A stretch of 64,000 nucleotides of DNA from the IMG/VR virus record IMGVR_UViG_3300019378_000951, positions 1-64,000 of that record; one strand, given 5' to 3'. This document shows, piece after piece, positions 8,967 to 20,043 of the stretch (the first letter of the stretch is position 1; each line of letters opens with the position of its first letter). The notes under the pieces were generated by a model, which saw only the letters and a list, made by a program, of their open reading frames with translations, was not told the DNA's origin and made no database searches. The DNA comes from a virus (Duplodnaviria > Caudoviricetes). Made by a program: the position numbers and the translations under genes.

Positions 8967-11900
8967 TTATTTAACAACATTTATGTTTATAATTACACGT
9001 TCTATAATTCCATAGAATGATACCGAAATTGCAACTCTTAATATTTTTTGAAGTTTATCGTAATCTGAACTATAAGCTCTTGCTGAAATTTCTTCACAAG
9101 ATTTATTATTTTTATATTTAGCTAAGAAACTATTAAGTGATTGTTGGAATTTATTTATAGTTTCAGATTCGTTGAATTCGAATATTACGTCTTCTGCCAT
9201 AACTTCAACATTACGTTTTATATCAAGAGCAACCAGCATATTATTTATATTAACAAGCGCATCATTTTTAGTAGTAGTAGTTAATTGAGTTCCGAACTTA
9301 TTAAATCTACCATTAGTTTCAACGTAGTTAACTTGTCTATTATACATTTCTTCTTTTTGTAATTCGTTAGGTATATAACTTATTTGAGGTAATGATACTC
9401 CCCCTCTAGCGTTACCTGCCATTGGATATTGTAATCCTGTAGTTATAGCATGAGCTGGTATCATCTTAGCAAGTTGATAAGACATTGTTACTCTTACATC
9501 TTTTCCTTGGAACTCATCAAATATGATACCATCTTGTGCGTAGATAGCTGCCATATTAGTAGTTATAGGGAATTTATTAGCTCTCCATGCAAGTGCTTGA
9601 GATGGATTAGCACATATTTCAGTATCTAACCATGCAAATAAGTCTTTTCTTATATTAGATGCTAAATCAACAATTGCATGTTTAACTGAAACATTATAAT
9701 TTGCATCAAGAAGATATTTAAATGGCATTAATCTTCTATTAAGTATATTTTCGTCTATTAATCCTTTATATCCTTTTACTAATAAACTATCTATATTAGC
9801 TTGACGAACAGTAGCCGATAATAAAGAGTTATTATAAGATATACAACCATCGCTACCTTTATTTAATCTGCTTATTGTTCCTTGACCTTCAAGTGTATTA
9901 GTTAATACATATGTTTTTAAATTTTCTAATGCTGCAGTAGCTTCAGCTATTGCATCATTTGCGTTTTCTAATACTAGTTTCATAGTTCCAGTAGTCGCAG
10001 ATTCTGGCATATGATAGTTATCTAAATAAGCTTTTCTACATTTATAAACACCTTTTACGATAGTAGTTCTACATCCAGCTCCGAATGCTGATAATAACGC
10101 AAATTTACTTACTATTGAGTAGTGTTTACTAAATGCGTAAAGTGCTGATAATGGTGCTATTAAATTCATAGATTTATTCATCAATTCAAATAATTGTGGT
10201 ATTAAACCTACAAATGAATCTCCAGTATCTTCATCTTCAAATCCATTTAATTGATCTATTATGTATTGATCTGTTAGGTAAGTCATACCTAAACTATTTA
10301 TTTCTTTTCCTAATCTGTCAAGTTCTTTATATATTTCGTCATGAGCTTCATCAAATGGATATACACTGTCGCATTCAACTTCGTGTGTCATTAATTTAAC
10401 AAAATCTCCAACTTCAAAGCCTTTGTCAAATATCATTGGATCATTTATACATATTAAGTTATCTGCTATTAAGCTGCCATCTTCGTATCTATCGTTTTCA
10501 ACTACAATTAGTATATCTGGATCAACTTTATTACTCATAACTTCAACATATTTTCCAGGAACTACATAGTCTCCAACTACAGCTCCTAAGCCTTCAATTC
10601 TAGGATCATCTACTAATATAAATCTATCTCCTAATTGAACAAGAACTTTTCCATCTGCGTCTAATAATTTATTTCCGTTCTTATCTATAAAATAATAAAC
10701 TAATTGTTCATCTGTAGAATTTTCTAAATCTATCACTTTATCTACTACTAGAATTGCATTTGGCATATTTCTTCCAGCAGCACCCACGTTAGTAAATAAT
10801 TCCTTACCTTTAACTGCATTTGTTACATAGTGATTGAACTCTGGGTCTAAGCCCCTAACACCTATAGTTAAATTAGGTACTAAATCAACACTGAAAGTAC
10901 TAAATATACTAGAAACTGCAGCAAGTTTTTCATTTGCGTCAGTTATAGTTTCAGCATATATTAATTCTTCTTGTAATGCAAGCATTGCAGTTTGTATTGA
11001 TACTAAAGTATATACAAATGATTCAGTAGAGTTCATTATAGATCTCCAGTTATTTACGAAAGTTTTTAAGCTAGCTCCAACTGTTGTATATCCAGCATTT
11101 CTTTCCATTATGCTTATATATGGAATTATATCTTCCATAACATCTATTAAATCATCTATACATAAACTAAGAGTTAAATCTCTTTCATATAATGCTTCTG
11201 TTCCATGTTCTAAGAAATAACCTTTTTCATCTCGTTCATATACAGATCTTGAATAATAAGAAACTTCCCCTTCAACTAATTGAGATGGTAATATTCCATT
11301 AAGGAATAATGTTCTTATCGTGTTATGCATAGCTGCATCTAGGTTATCTTCTCTAGCTTTATAAGTTCCGCCTATTATATCGTATAATACTGCATTATCT
11401 CCTTCACCCAATACAATACCAACTTGTATTAATCTATCTAATTGTGATGCATATCTTTTTTGTAAGATTTCACCTAAAACAACTTTCATTTTTTCAAGCA
11501 TTATTTCTGACGTATTATAAAGCGATTGTCTTAGCATATTGTCTATTGAAATTGTAGTTAGTACTCTTTCATCATCTGCCGCTGGTATATTAAGTGCGGC
11601 ATACCCATTATTTACTATAACTTCACCGTTAATATCGTATTTCATAATAGACATATGTACATCTTCATATCTTAATGTATCATCATCATAATAAGTTTCA
11701 GGCTGACCTGCTACCATTCTAGATTGACCGCTAACAATATCTATAACTTGTGGGTGAACATTAGGATTTATTAATGTAGCTAATTTATAGAATACATCTT
11801 CATTATATATACATCTAACAACTTGACTGTAAGTTTCAAGAACATCTTTTATGAACATTGAATCCCCAGTATAAGACATTGCATCTGGATATAAAGATAC

Positions 11901-12575
11901 ATAATATGGACCTTCTATAGTAGATGCATTTTCATATTCGTCATATTGTATAACTTCGAATGTATATACCCTGAAGTCATACATATCATCAAAACTATTA
12001 TTTAAATTTATACGGAAACCTAAATTGTTATAAGCTTCACCTCTACCAATAGGATATATACAGAATAATAAATTATCATTATATCCGTCTATTGTAGTGT
12101 CAGTACGTCTTATATTTATTTGGTTGTCTAAAGATTCTTTAGATACTGCAGTTAGTTCAGTACAAGCAGTACATGTTCTTAAATGAACATCGTCTTTATA
12201 TATAATTTCATCGTCTATTGTTTTAACCGGTTTCTCACCAATATTTACTTTAGTTTGTATATTGAAGAAACCATGAGCATAAGTAGCATCATCTGGAAGG
12301 ACTCTAAGAACGTATACGTTAGCTCCTGCTCCTAAAAGATTTATTATATTGTGTCCAGCTTGGCCAAATTTTCGCATGTTAGGCTCACCATACTCTTTTA
12401 TAAATTGAGCCCCGCTTGACATAATTTGAACTTTGTTATCTAGGCCTTTTTCTGATACAATAGCATAGAAAAAGCTTACGTCTGAAGCATCCCCATTAGT
12501 AAATAATATATTAGAAGTTATTGTGGAAGCGACGTGGGGATGTAGCCATTCTAAACCAGTTTCACTTATTGACAT
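8967..12575 (-). CDS. Tail sheath protein with large central insertion
   Basis: N-terminal HPHV, FIKEYGEPN, YVLRVLPDDA; C-terminal LDANY, PMAGNARG, IIERVIINI. Confidence 0.82.
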   Translation of the reverse strand: MSISETGLEWLHPHVASTITSNILFTNGDASDVSFFYAIVSEKGLDNKVQIMSSGAQFIKEYGEPNMRKFGQAGHNIINLLGAGANVYVLRVLPDDATYAHGFFNIQTKVNIGEKPVKTIDDEIIYKDDVHLRTCTACTELTAVSKESLDNQINIRRTDTTIDGYNDNLLFCIYPIGRGEAYNNLGFRINLNNSFDDMYDFRVYTFEVIQYDEYENASTIEGPYYVSLYPDAMSYTGDSMFIKDVLETYSQVVRCIYNEDVFYKLATLINPNVHPQVIDIVSGQSRMVAGQPETYYDDDTLRYEDVHMSIMKYDINGEVIVNNGYAALNIPAADDERVLTTISIDNMLRQSLYNTSEIMLEKMKVVLGEILQKRYASQLDRLIQVGIVLGEGDNAVLYDIIGGTYKAREDNLDAAMHNTIRTLFLNGILPSQLVEGEVSYYSRSVYERDEKGYFLEHGTEALYERDLTLSLCIDDLIDVMEDIIPYISIMERNAGYTTVGASLKTFVNNWRSIMNSTESFVYTLVSIQTAMLALQEELIYAETITDANEKLAAVSSIFSTFSVDLVPNLTIGVRGLDPEFNHYVTNAVKGKELFTNVGAAGRNMPNAILVVDKVIDLENSTDEQLVYYFIDKNGNKLLDADGKVLVQLGDRFILVDDPRIEGLGAVVGDYVVPGKYVEVMSNKVDPDILIVVENDRYEDGSLIADNLICINDPMIFDKGFEVGDFVKLMTHEVECDSVYPFDEAHDEIYKELDRLGKEINSLGMTYLTDQYIIDQLNGFEDEDTGDSFVGLIPQLFELMNKSMNLIAPLSALYAFSKHYSIVSKFALLSAFGAGCRTTIVKGVYKCRKAYLDNYHMPESATTGTMKLVLENANDAIAEATAALENLKTYVLTNTLEGQGTISRLNKGSDGCISYNNSLLSATVRQANIDSLLVKGYKGLIDENILNRRLMPFKYLLDANYNVSVKHAIVDLASNIRKDLFAWLDTEICANPSQALAWRANKFPITTNMAAIYAQDGIIFDEFQGKDVRVTMSYQLAKMIPAHAITTGLQYPMAGNARGGVSLPQISYIPNELQKEEMYNRQVNYVETNGRFNKFGTQLTTTTKNDALVNINNMLVALDIKRNVEVMAEDVIFEFNESETINKFQQSLNSFLAKYKNNKSCEEISARAYSSDYDKLQKILRVAISVSFYGIIERVIININVVK

Positions 12576-12620
12576 GTTTGTTAACACTCCTTTACTTCGA
12601 GATTTTGTTAAGTCATTTCG

Positions 12621-13349
12621 CTAATATTTTGTTATCTTCTCAATAGGTGAGACTATTTCTTTTTCTCCATTTATATTTTTACGTATAGATGAAAGTATAG
12701 AATCATCCATATTTTCAAAAGATAATGCCGCGAATGTACTATTTATTGGTGGTAAATTTTTAACATTTGTCATTTTGTAATCTATATCTTTAGTTCCTTT
12801 GAAATTTTCACCTATTATTTTTCTAAAAGGAACGGATACATCATCTTTACTTCTGCATAATTCAGCAACTGTCATTTCAAGAATGCACCCAGGATTACCT
12901 ATGTTTACCTTATTTAATATAAGATTGTCAAAATATAATTTGATTATATCAGAATATGGTATTGTTGAAGGTAACTTATTACTGTGTAATGCAAATATGA
13001 AGTTTTTAGAATTAGCACCGCTTTGTTCTTTTTTGACGCTATCTAAAAACATCATACCATTTTGTAATATAAACACATAGTTGGGTTCAATTTCTTCATT
13101 AACTGTAACATTTTCGTTTCTATAATCGTCAAACTCAAATATTACATTCATTGGCAGTTTAAATGTGTGTTTTTCAATTTTTCCTTTTTCATCTAACACT
13201 TTAAACTCAAATATTCCTAATGTGCTTATTTTATTACCTATAAATTTAGCAACATTTTTATCAAAGTAATATTTAGGTATGTAGATTTCCATTAAATAAC
13301 CGTCAAAATAAATAGCATCATCTACTTTTTTTAACCATGAATATTTCAA
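12621..13349 (-). CDS. Phage multisubunit RNA polymerase, beta-prime C-terminal-like fragment
   Basis: STFAALSFEN resembles RpoC SFLSAASFQE; LEMTVAELCR resembles IEVIVRQM; likely TTG start after GGAGG. Confidence 0.65.
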   Translation of the reverse strand: MKYSWLKKVDDAIYFDGYLMEIYIPKYYFDKNVAKFIGNKISTLGIFEFKVLDEKGKIEKHTFKLPMNVIFEFDDYRNENVTVNEEIEPNYVFILQNGMMFLDSVKKEQSGANSKNFIFALHSNKLPSTIPYSDIIKLYFDNLILNKVNIGNPGCILEMTVAELCRSKDDVSVPFRKIIGENFKGTKDIDYKMTNVKNLPPINSTFAALSFENMDDSILSSIRKNINGEKEIVSPIEKITKY

Positions 13350-13441
13350 ATCACTAAACACCTCCAATATATAATCTTATGTTTCTTGATATGGTATTGT
13401 TTTATATAAACAAATTAAATTAATCAAGGATAGATTTAAAT

Positions 13442-14224
13442 CTATCCTTGATTAAAATATTTAATTATTTTATAAAGATTTTCTATTATATAACATCTGA
13501 AATCGTTATGCTCTTTAACTAAACCTAAAATATTAATTAAAGTAAAATAAACAGAAACTCCTATGGTCTCCATTTTATTGTCTACTATGTATTTATAAAA
13601 ATTTGTTAAAAATAATTTATTCTCTTTTTCATTATTTATATTTACATTATTTAAAATTATTAATAAATCGTTGATAGGGGGAAATGAATATTTAGTATTA
13701 TCTTTTAATTTTTTATTAGCTTCAGTTTTATATTTTTTATATAATTTACTATCATATTTACGAATTTTTCCGTTCATACTACGTAAATATGTAAATGTTA
13801 TAGCCGACTCCATTGCTTCTATTTTTCGTTCCATTTGTTTAACTTCTTTAAAGCTATAATTACCTGAGTCTATCATTTCTTTTAATTTTTTTATATACAC
13901 TGGCATGTTATTAGTCTCTGCAGTATTATTCATAGTTTGTATATCTTTTTTTAAATTTTGAAGCTTCTTAACAAAAATTTCATTAGCTACTTTATTTCCT
14001 TGGCTGTCTGCCAGAGGCACCAACTCTTTATAAGTATCCCTAATACTTTTTTCGTCATCTATTAATTCTAGTATACCGTATTGTCTTATTTCGCCAGTTT
14101 CAGTATTATATAATATATCACCAATTTTACAATTTTTATATTCTTCAACTTCTAAAAATTCAGTAACTTCATAAATTGTAGGTACTAACTCATGTAATGT
14201 TTCCTCATGTATACTCTCGATCAT
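13442..14224 (-). CDS. Hypothetical protein
   Basis: ORF with RBS GGAGG. Confidence 0.6.
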   Translation of the reverse strand: MIESIHEETLHELVPTIYEVTEFLEVEEYKNCKIGDILYNTETGEIRQYGILELIDDEKSIRDTYKELVPLADSQGNKVANEIFVKKLQNLKKDIQTMNNTAETNNMPVYIKKLKEMIDSGNYSFKEVKQMERKIEAMESAITFTYLRSMNGKIRKYDSKLYKKYKTEANKKLKDNTKYSFPPINDLLIILNNVNINNEKENKLFLTNFYKYIVDNKMETIGVSVYFTLINILGLVKEHNDFRCYIIENLYKIIKYFNQG

Positions 14225-14430
14225 AATAAATACCTCCATGATTTGTATATTGAATCAATTTTATATAGAATTTTTATTCATTATAAATTTCTATCTTTTC
14301 CCATTTACCACTTTCATTCATTATAAATGTTCCTTTATTTTTAACCTGTACCAACACTCCATCAACAGGTACAATCTCATTTAACTGATCCATATTTTCT
14401 ACTAAAATTACTCTCATCATACTTAACCTC

Positions 14431-15207
14431 CTATTTTTTATATAGTTCTATTAATTTATTAGTTATATCTTGTCTTAATGCATAGTTATTATCTAATATT
14501 TCTTTAAGGAACTTAGGTTCGCCCGGTGTTATCCCTAAATCTACATATGTATCTAATTCATCGAATATATTAAGTACCATCATGTTTGTAAATTCTTCTG
14601 GATCTCTCATCGTACTAGTCTTTACAAAATCATACATGTTATCTATATTTATCTTATTTATTATATCACTTATATGATATAATATTGTAGCTGTACTTTC
14701 ATTATATTTACTTACTAATGATTTGTATATATTATTCTTATTATTTATTTTATCTGAATATTCATACAAAATATTTTCAATTGAACCTAGTATCGTATTT
14801 ACTGCATAATTTACTATATTATCGTATATGTCAATTACCAAAAAATTATATAATTCAGTCACAACATGATGTTGTTCGTCTATCATTAAATTATCTCTAA
14901 AGTCTATTGTAAATTGATATTTTAATTGTAATTCGTCCAGTATTGTACTATAAAAATTATTTTTTATAGTATTTATCATTCTTTGCAATTTTTTATCATT
15001 ATAATATAATTCATTTATACTATTTAACCTCATTTGAAAACTTTCTACAAAATTATTATTATTTTTCTCAATATTTTTATTTAAATTTCTTATTTGTTCA
15101 ACAACATTGTCTTGTAATATATCATCTGATATACTTTCTGTTACGTCCACTCTTATTCTATCACTCATTACATCATTATTTCTTATCGTATTAAATATGT
15201 TGCCCAA
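14431..15207 (-). CDS. Hypothetical protein (late gene)
   Basis: 258-aa ORF with upstream AACA-N6-TA. Confidence 0.6.
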   Translation of the reverse strand: MGNIFNTIRNNDVMSDRIRVDVTESISDDILQDNVVEQIRNLNKNIEKNNNNFVESFQMRLNSINELYYNDKKLQRMINTIKNNFYSTILDELQLKYQFTIDFRDNLMIDEQHHVVTELYNFLVIDIYDNIVNYAVNTILGSIENILYEYSDKINNKNNIYKSLVSKYNESTATILYHISDIINKINIDNMYDFVKTSTMRDPEEFTNMMVLNIFDELDTYVDLGITPGEPKFLKEILDNNYALRQDITNKLIELYKK

Positions 15208-15272
15208 AACGCGATACCCCCTTAATCATTTTTAAATATTTTTATGTTAATTTAAGTTTTTAAATTTTAAAT

Positions 15273-16677
15273 CTATTTATTCATACCTAAGATCATTTTT
15301 AAAGTAGATTTACTAACTTTCTTCTTAGAATTTTCACCTTTGCGTGTCATCATTGAATTAGGTATAGGATTTAAATCTACGTATTCATTATCTTTGTTTT
15401 CTCTTTCAATTTGTTTATATTGAGATATCATGTGATGAGCTGCTCCGAAATTAGAGTTTTTAGATGTATATACATTTTTATTAATATTATTATATTTTCT
15501 TATACGGTTTGCATCTGTATTTTTATTAGTTTCACTTCTAGAAGCAAATGCGTCATCTGAAGTTACTTTTACAAATCTATTAACATTTTCGCCATAGAAT
15601 ATAGCATGTAAACCTATTAGGTAGGACATGAGTTGGTCATCGTGGCATCCAGGTCTATGATCTATACGTTTATGGTCTCTAACTAGTGTTTTAATTTCAT
15701 TGAATATATCTTCGCTAATTATCCAGTTTGGAGAGTTATTAACTACATCAAACAGAATGTCTTCAGTCATTATAGTTCTATTATCGTTATTAGTAGCTAT
15801 ACCGTAAACTCTAGATTCCTTTTTATAAGTCATTTTACTTCCAAATCCCGATTTACGAGGATCGTCTATAGTTTTTTCAGCTTTCTTAGTTTTAACTTCA
15901 TAATACACTTGTCTTGCAACTGAAGTTCTAAGAAGTAATGATATAAATGGAATACCTACAGAATTACGTTCTGGAACTATAACTGCATTAGGTAAATATT
16001 TACTTACGAACTCTTCAACTAATACAACTAAATCAGGTATTTCTATGCTATTATGTCTAAATGTTATAACCGGCTTACATGTGAGTGGATCTATGACAGT
16101 GATTGCTGAGTAGTCAAGGGATACCCCTGTAGCTATATCTATTGCAACTACCCATGATTTATTATGAATGTTTTTAAGATCTGTTAATACATTGAATACA
16201 TATTTACCGAATAATACTATTTGATCTTTAGGTTTTACTATATGCTTGGATATCTCTTCAAGTTGTTCTTCTGAGAAAGGAGAATCATTTGAAGCATACA
16301 TCCATTGTATATCAAGCTCTCTTTTTATTTTAAACAAATCTTGGTTAAGAGATTTACATTGATCTTCATACCATGCTTGATCTCTTCCTAATTCAGTATA
16401 TGAGTATTGTACATGAACGAATTTATTGTTAGATTCATATACTATACGCTTAACTTGTTCTATTGGCATATCATACCATTGTTCGTTAAATTTAACTGCA
16501 TTATTTATCATTTTAAAGCAATATGCACCTGCTGGATCATCTAGTGTAGAAGGAGTAGTAGTTAATAATGTACCATATGGAACACCATTTACTTTTGCTC
16601 TTTCTGCAGCCTTTGCTTGGGCTGGCGCTGATGCTGTGAATATTATGTCATTATGCTTAAGGAAACTAAACTCGTCA
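15273..16677 (-). CDS. terL: Terminase large subunit, exon 2 (Walker B remainder and nuclease domain)
   Basis: DEFSFL, TTTP coupling motif, AIDIATG, DYSAITV, ERNSVG, HDDQLMS. Confidence 0.9.
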
Positions 16678-16906
16678 CTGTATTGTTATTCTTACAATTT
16701 CTTGTAAGCACAGACTATATCTTCACCATCTCTGGTGCTTCCCACTTCCACTTAGTTAAATAAGTGTACTCTAATCCCTTATTAACGGTTTCGATAGTCG
16801 TTGAACCTTCCTAATATTAAGCTTGGCTGCTGATTGTCCCAGTGGGAGTTTCCAGCAATTCAAGAAGTTTTCATTTGCATATCACTATGCAACGGGACTC
16901 TATTGA
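16678..16906 (-). mobile_element. ORF-less group I intron (229 nt) in terL
   Basis: P1 GGAU/GUCC; AAUUGCUGG...AAUCAGCAG; P7 GACUA/UAGUC; terminal G; splicing restores Walker B PLIWIDE. Confidence 0.92.
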
Positions 16907-17547
16907 ATCCATATTAATGGAGTAGTTAATCCCCTTCCTGCTTTATCTGCAGATACAGGGTCATTAGCTGATTTCAGCAAGCTTATTGTATTTTGGTTTC
17001 TTTTACATCTTATATATTGTATATTGTCAGTATCAGTCTTACTATCCATATGAGCTTTAAGATAACTTGGTAAGGCTTCTACTGTTTCTTTAAAACGTTT
17101 TAAGTTTAACTCACTATCTTGTACTGATTTATTACCAAATATAATTTGTGAGTTTGATGTATTAAAATTATATACCCATGTATAAAAACAAATAGCTCCT
17201 ATAGTCTTACCATGTTGTCTAGGGAGCAGTTCTACTACGTTTATATTATTTAGCATACAAAAGTTTTGTGCTAAGTTTGCTATATGAAGTCCATATTTAG
17301 CAAATCCTCCTGGTTCTATAATATGAACTACTTCTCTTAGGTAGTACCAGAAATTTTTTTGCACTTCTGCTAATATTCTAAGTTTCATTTCATCTGAAAG
17401 ATTAGGATCATACGGATCAACACCGGATAGTCCCGGATCATACAAAATTAAAAAAAACTTATTATTTTTTACTCCTTTATCTTTCAGCAATTTCCACATC
17501 TCAATGAAAGACTGATTAGATGTATTTACATCGTAGATGGGTTTCAT
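16907..17547 (-). CDS. terL: Terminase large subunit, exon 1 (ATPase)
   Basis: Walker A LPRQHGKT; GRGLT. Confidence 0.9.
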
Positions 17548-17644
17548 GCTATAATACCTCCTTGTTAATCATAATAATTAAATGTTTAAATTAAAACAAT
17601 AAAGATATTGGAAAATGATCATTATGATCATTTTCCAAATTTTA

Positions 17645-18973
17645 TTAATCAACATACATAAACATTTGTAAACTAGATAACATAAATTGTCCCCAAACTT
17701 TTACAGGAACACCATTAAGTTCAGCGTCTACACCGTTACAACCGAAATTAAGATCTCCTGATAGTAAAGATTCATCAAATGGAACTTTTCCGCCTATTCC
17801 GTTGTCTCTAGTTACATTTAATCCACAATCAGCAGGAGCTATTACAAAATAAGTAGCTCCTTCAGGACAAGCATCTATTGATATTGATGTTTTACCCATA
17901 GGGCCTATTGCAGCTTTATTTATTACAGTAGTAGATTCTTCAAGTTCTCTTACTGATATATTTTTAGGGTCTAATGTAAGTCCACGTCCCATATAATATC
18001 CATAAATTATATTATCTTTAAATCCTATGTCATCATAGTCAATGCCTTCAGCTGGTACAAATATTTTTGTTACTCCATCTATTGTTAATCTTAAATTTCC
18101 ATTAACTATCTTCATGTCAAAAGGTAATACATCTTTTTTAACCATTGCATAATCATCTAACACATCTTCTTTTATAACTGAATTTTCTATCTTTTCAGCT
18201 ATTTCTTTTTCTAAATCCGCAGCAGGTATACCTTTCGCTGGTTTTTCGTATTTAGCATTCCATGTGTCTCTTTCTTTAGGAAGAATGTGACAATCATTAG
18301 CAACATGTGGTTGCCACTCTTCTTTTATAAATAAATTATAAACATTTTTTTCTAAATAAGGTTTAAGGTCTATAACAGGTAAAAAAGCATCTTTTATAAG
18401 TCCATTTTTAATATCAAATAATTGATCTTGTTTTACCATATTATTTAATTTGTTTTTTAAATTTGCTGATAGATGAAGTTCATCTAAACCTTCAGATGGC
18501 ATATCAAATTTGTTATTCCATTTAGCTCTTTCATTATTATTTATATGAATAATTTGATTAGCTACATGTGCATCATCATCTTTTTTATTATTATTTAATG
18601 TGTCTGCTAATTTTTTTAAAGTATTTAAAGAGTTTGGAGCGCCATCTAATAATTCATTTATTCTGTTATCAACGTATTCAGCTGTTATGAAACCTGATAC
18701 ATCAATATTACCACCATTTCCTGCTTCTAATTTAGCTTCTGCTATTTTATTAACTACAAATTCTTCGCTAGCTAACCCTTCAATTGAAGGTATTTCAGGT
18801 TTACCAATTAAGTCATTATATTTTTTGCTAAATAATTCATCTTTATTAGCTTTTAAATTTACTGTATATTTTAAAGATTCTACAGCTGTATCAAGCGTAT
18901 CAATAGCTTCAAGCGCTTCATTAATTTCTTCACCACTGAAATTCAATTTAAACCATTTTTCTGAATTACCCAT
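17645..18973 (-). CDS. Putative fibre/whisker-like structural protein
   Basis: APNSLNTLKKLAD and repeated HVAN..H...ER..WN.K motifs common in phage fibres. Confidence 0.5.
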   Translation of the reverse strand: MGNSEKWFKLNFSGEEINEALEAIDTLDTAVESLKYTVNLKANKDELFSKKYNDLIGKPEIPSIEGLASEEFVVNKIAEAKLEAGNGGNIDVSGFITAEYVDNRINELLDGAPNSLNTLKKLADTLNNNKKDDDAHVANQIIHINNNERAKWNNKFDMPSEGLDELHLSANLKNKLNNMVKQDQLFDIKNGLIKDAFLPVIDLKPYLEKNVYNLFIKEEWQPHVANDCHILPKERDTWNAKYEKPAKGIPAADLEKEIAEKIENSVIKEDVLDDYAMVKKDVLPFDMKIVNGNLRLTIDGVTKIFVPAEGIDYDDIGFKDNIIYGYYMGRGLTLDPKNISVRELEESTTVINKAAIGPMGKTSISIDACPEGATYFVIAPADCGLNVTRDNGIGGKVPFDESLLSGDLNFGCNGVDAELNGVPVKVWGQFMLSSLQMFMYVD

Positions 18974-19046
18974 TTATCTTTTTTCCTCCTTTATTTAAGT
19001 AATTAACAATATTATTTTGTTTGTTGTCAAGTATTTGATGTACCTA

Positions 19047-19496
19047 TTAAACTGCAAAATAACATATAAAAAATAATATAAACAAAGCTGCAAATATTAA
19101 TGTTGCTGTAAACGAATTTGTTGAACTTTCATTATTATTTTGTTCTTCAGATTCTTCTGTACTCGCGTCTTGTTCTTCAGATTCTTCTGTACTCGTGTCT
19201 TGTTCTTTAGATTCTTCTGTATTTGCTACTTTACTTTCTCTTTCAGCACCTTCTTTAAGCATAATTTCTATTTCATTATCATTATAACCTTCGTCTTGTA
19301 GTACGCTAATTAGATCTTCTTCTTTAACTGGTCCATCGTTAAATATTTCTTCTATTTCATAGTAGTCCCAAAATCCTGATTTGTTAGTATAAGTATCTCC
19401 GTTTGCTGCAAAAGAAATTATAGGTAGTGATATAATTCCTATAACTAATAATGCTATTGTAATAATTTTCCATTTTTTCATAATTTTCCTCCCCAT
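19047..19496 (-). CDS. Membrane protein with N- and C-terminal hydrophobic segments and acidic repeat
   Basis: Signal-like N-terminus, C-terminal TM segment, three EES.EQ repeats. Confidence 0.65.
   Translation of the reverse strand: MGRKIMKKWKIITIALLVIGIISLPIISFAANGDTYTNKSGFWDYYEIEEIFNDGPVKEEDLISVLQDEGYNDNEIEIMLKEGAERESKVANTEESKEQDTSTEESEEQDASTEESEEQNNNESSTNSFTATLIFAALFILFFICYFAV
19140..19221. repeat. 30-bp coding tandem repeat, about 2.7 copies
   Basis: Unit ttgttcttcagattcttctgtactcgYgtc. Confidence 0.85.
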
Positions 19497-19530
19497 TATA
19501 CAGAGAGAATGATCTAAATGATCATTCTCT

Positions 19531-19857
19531 TTAAAATTTGATATTTCTTAAGAAATTATCTAATTCTCTTTCCATAGTACTTTCTAATTTTACTTTTAAT
19601 ATATCTCCATTTTCTCTTAAATCAACAGTTTTATTATATGGATCTATTACTGCATTTCTTGTAGACATTTTCATGTATTCAGACATTTCTTTTACATTAT
19701 TTGATTGTTGAGTTATATATTTAGCAACTTCATTAAATTTAACATCTAATATTGTAGATTCAGTTAATACTTGTTGTGCTGTCATATCTTTATATCCAGC
19801 TTGTTCTTTTAATATATTTGTCATATATGCATTATTATGTGATGGAAATAATACCCA
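19531..19857 (-). CDS. Prohead protease, exon 2
   Basis: WVLFPSHNNAY completes the catalytic D-x-V-x-x-P-S motif. Confidence 0.88.
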   Translation of the reverse strand, partial: WVLFPSHNNAYMTNILKEQAGYKDMTAQQVLTESTILDVKFNEVAKYITQQSNNVKEMSEYMKMSTRNAVIDPYNKTVDLRENGDILKVKLESTMERELDNFLRNIKF

Positions 19858-20043
19858 CAGTTTTGTTAATCTAGACATCTCTGCCTAGCTCAGACTATCG
19901 CACATCCCATTTTAGGGATTCATCTCATTTAGTCGTTCAGCGTGGATTTTCATCCTTCGCCCTTGTCGTCCATAAAGGAGGTCCAAGTCAATTAGAGACA
20001 ATTTTTCCATATAATATTTCTATTATAGGCGACCATGGTGTTA
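19858..20043 (-). mobile_element. Minimal ORF-less group I intron (186 nt) in prohead protease
   Basis: P1 CGAU/GUCG; P2 with GAAA loop; P7 GACUA/UAGUC; P8 AUCCC/GGGAU; P9 CUAGGCA/UGUCUAG; terminal G. Confidence 0.9.

Noticed and set aside
19140-19221. CRISPR-like repeat
   Set aside because: Head-to-tail coding repeat with no spacers
16900-20043. Stop-codon reassignment explaining premature stops in terL and the protease
   Set aside because: The stops lie inside introns; TAG and TAA terminate normal genes throughout the window
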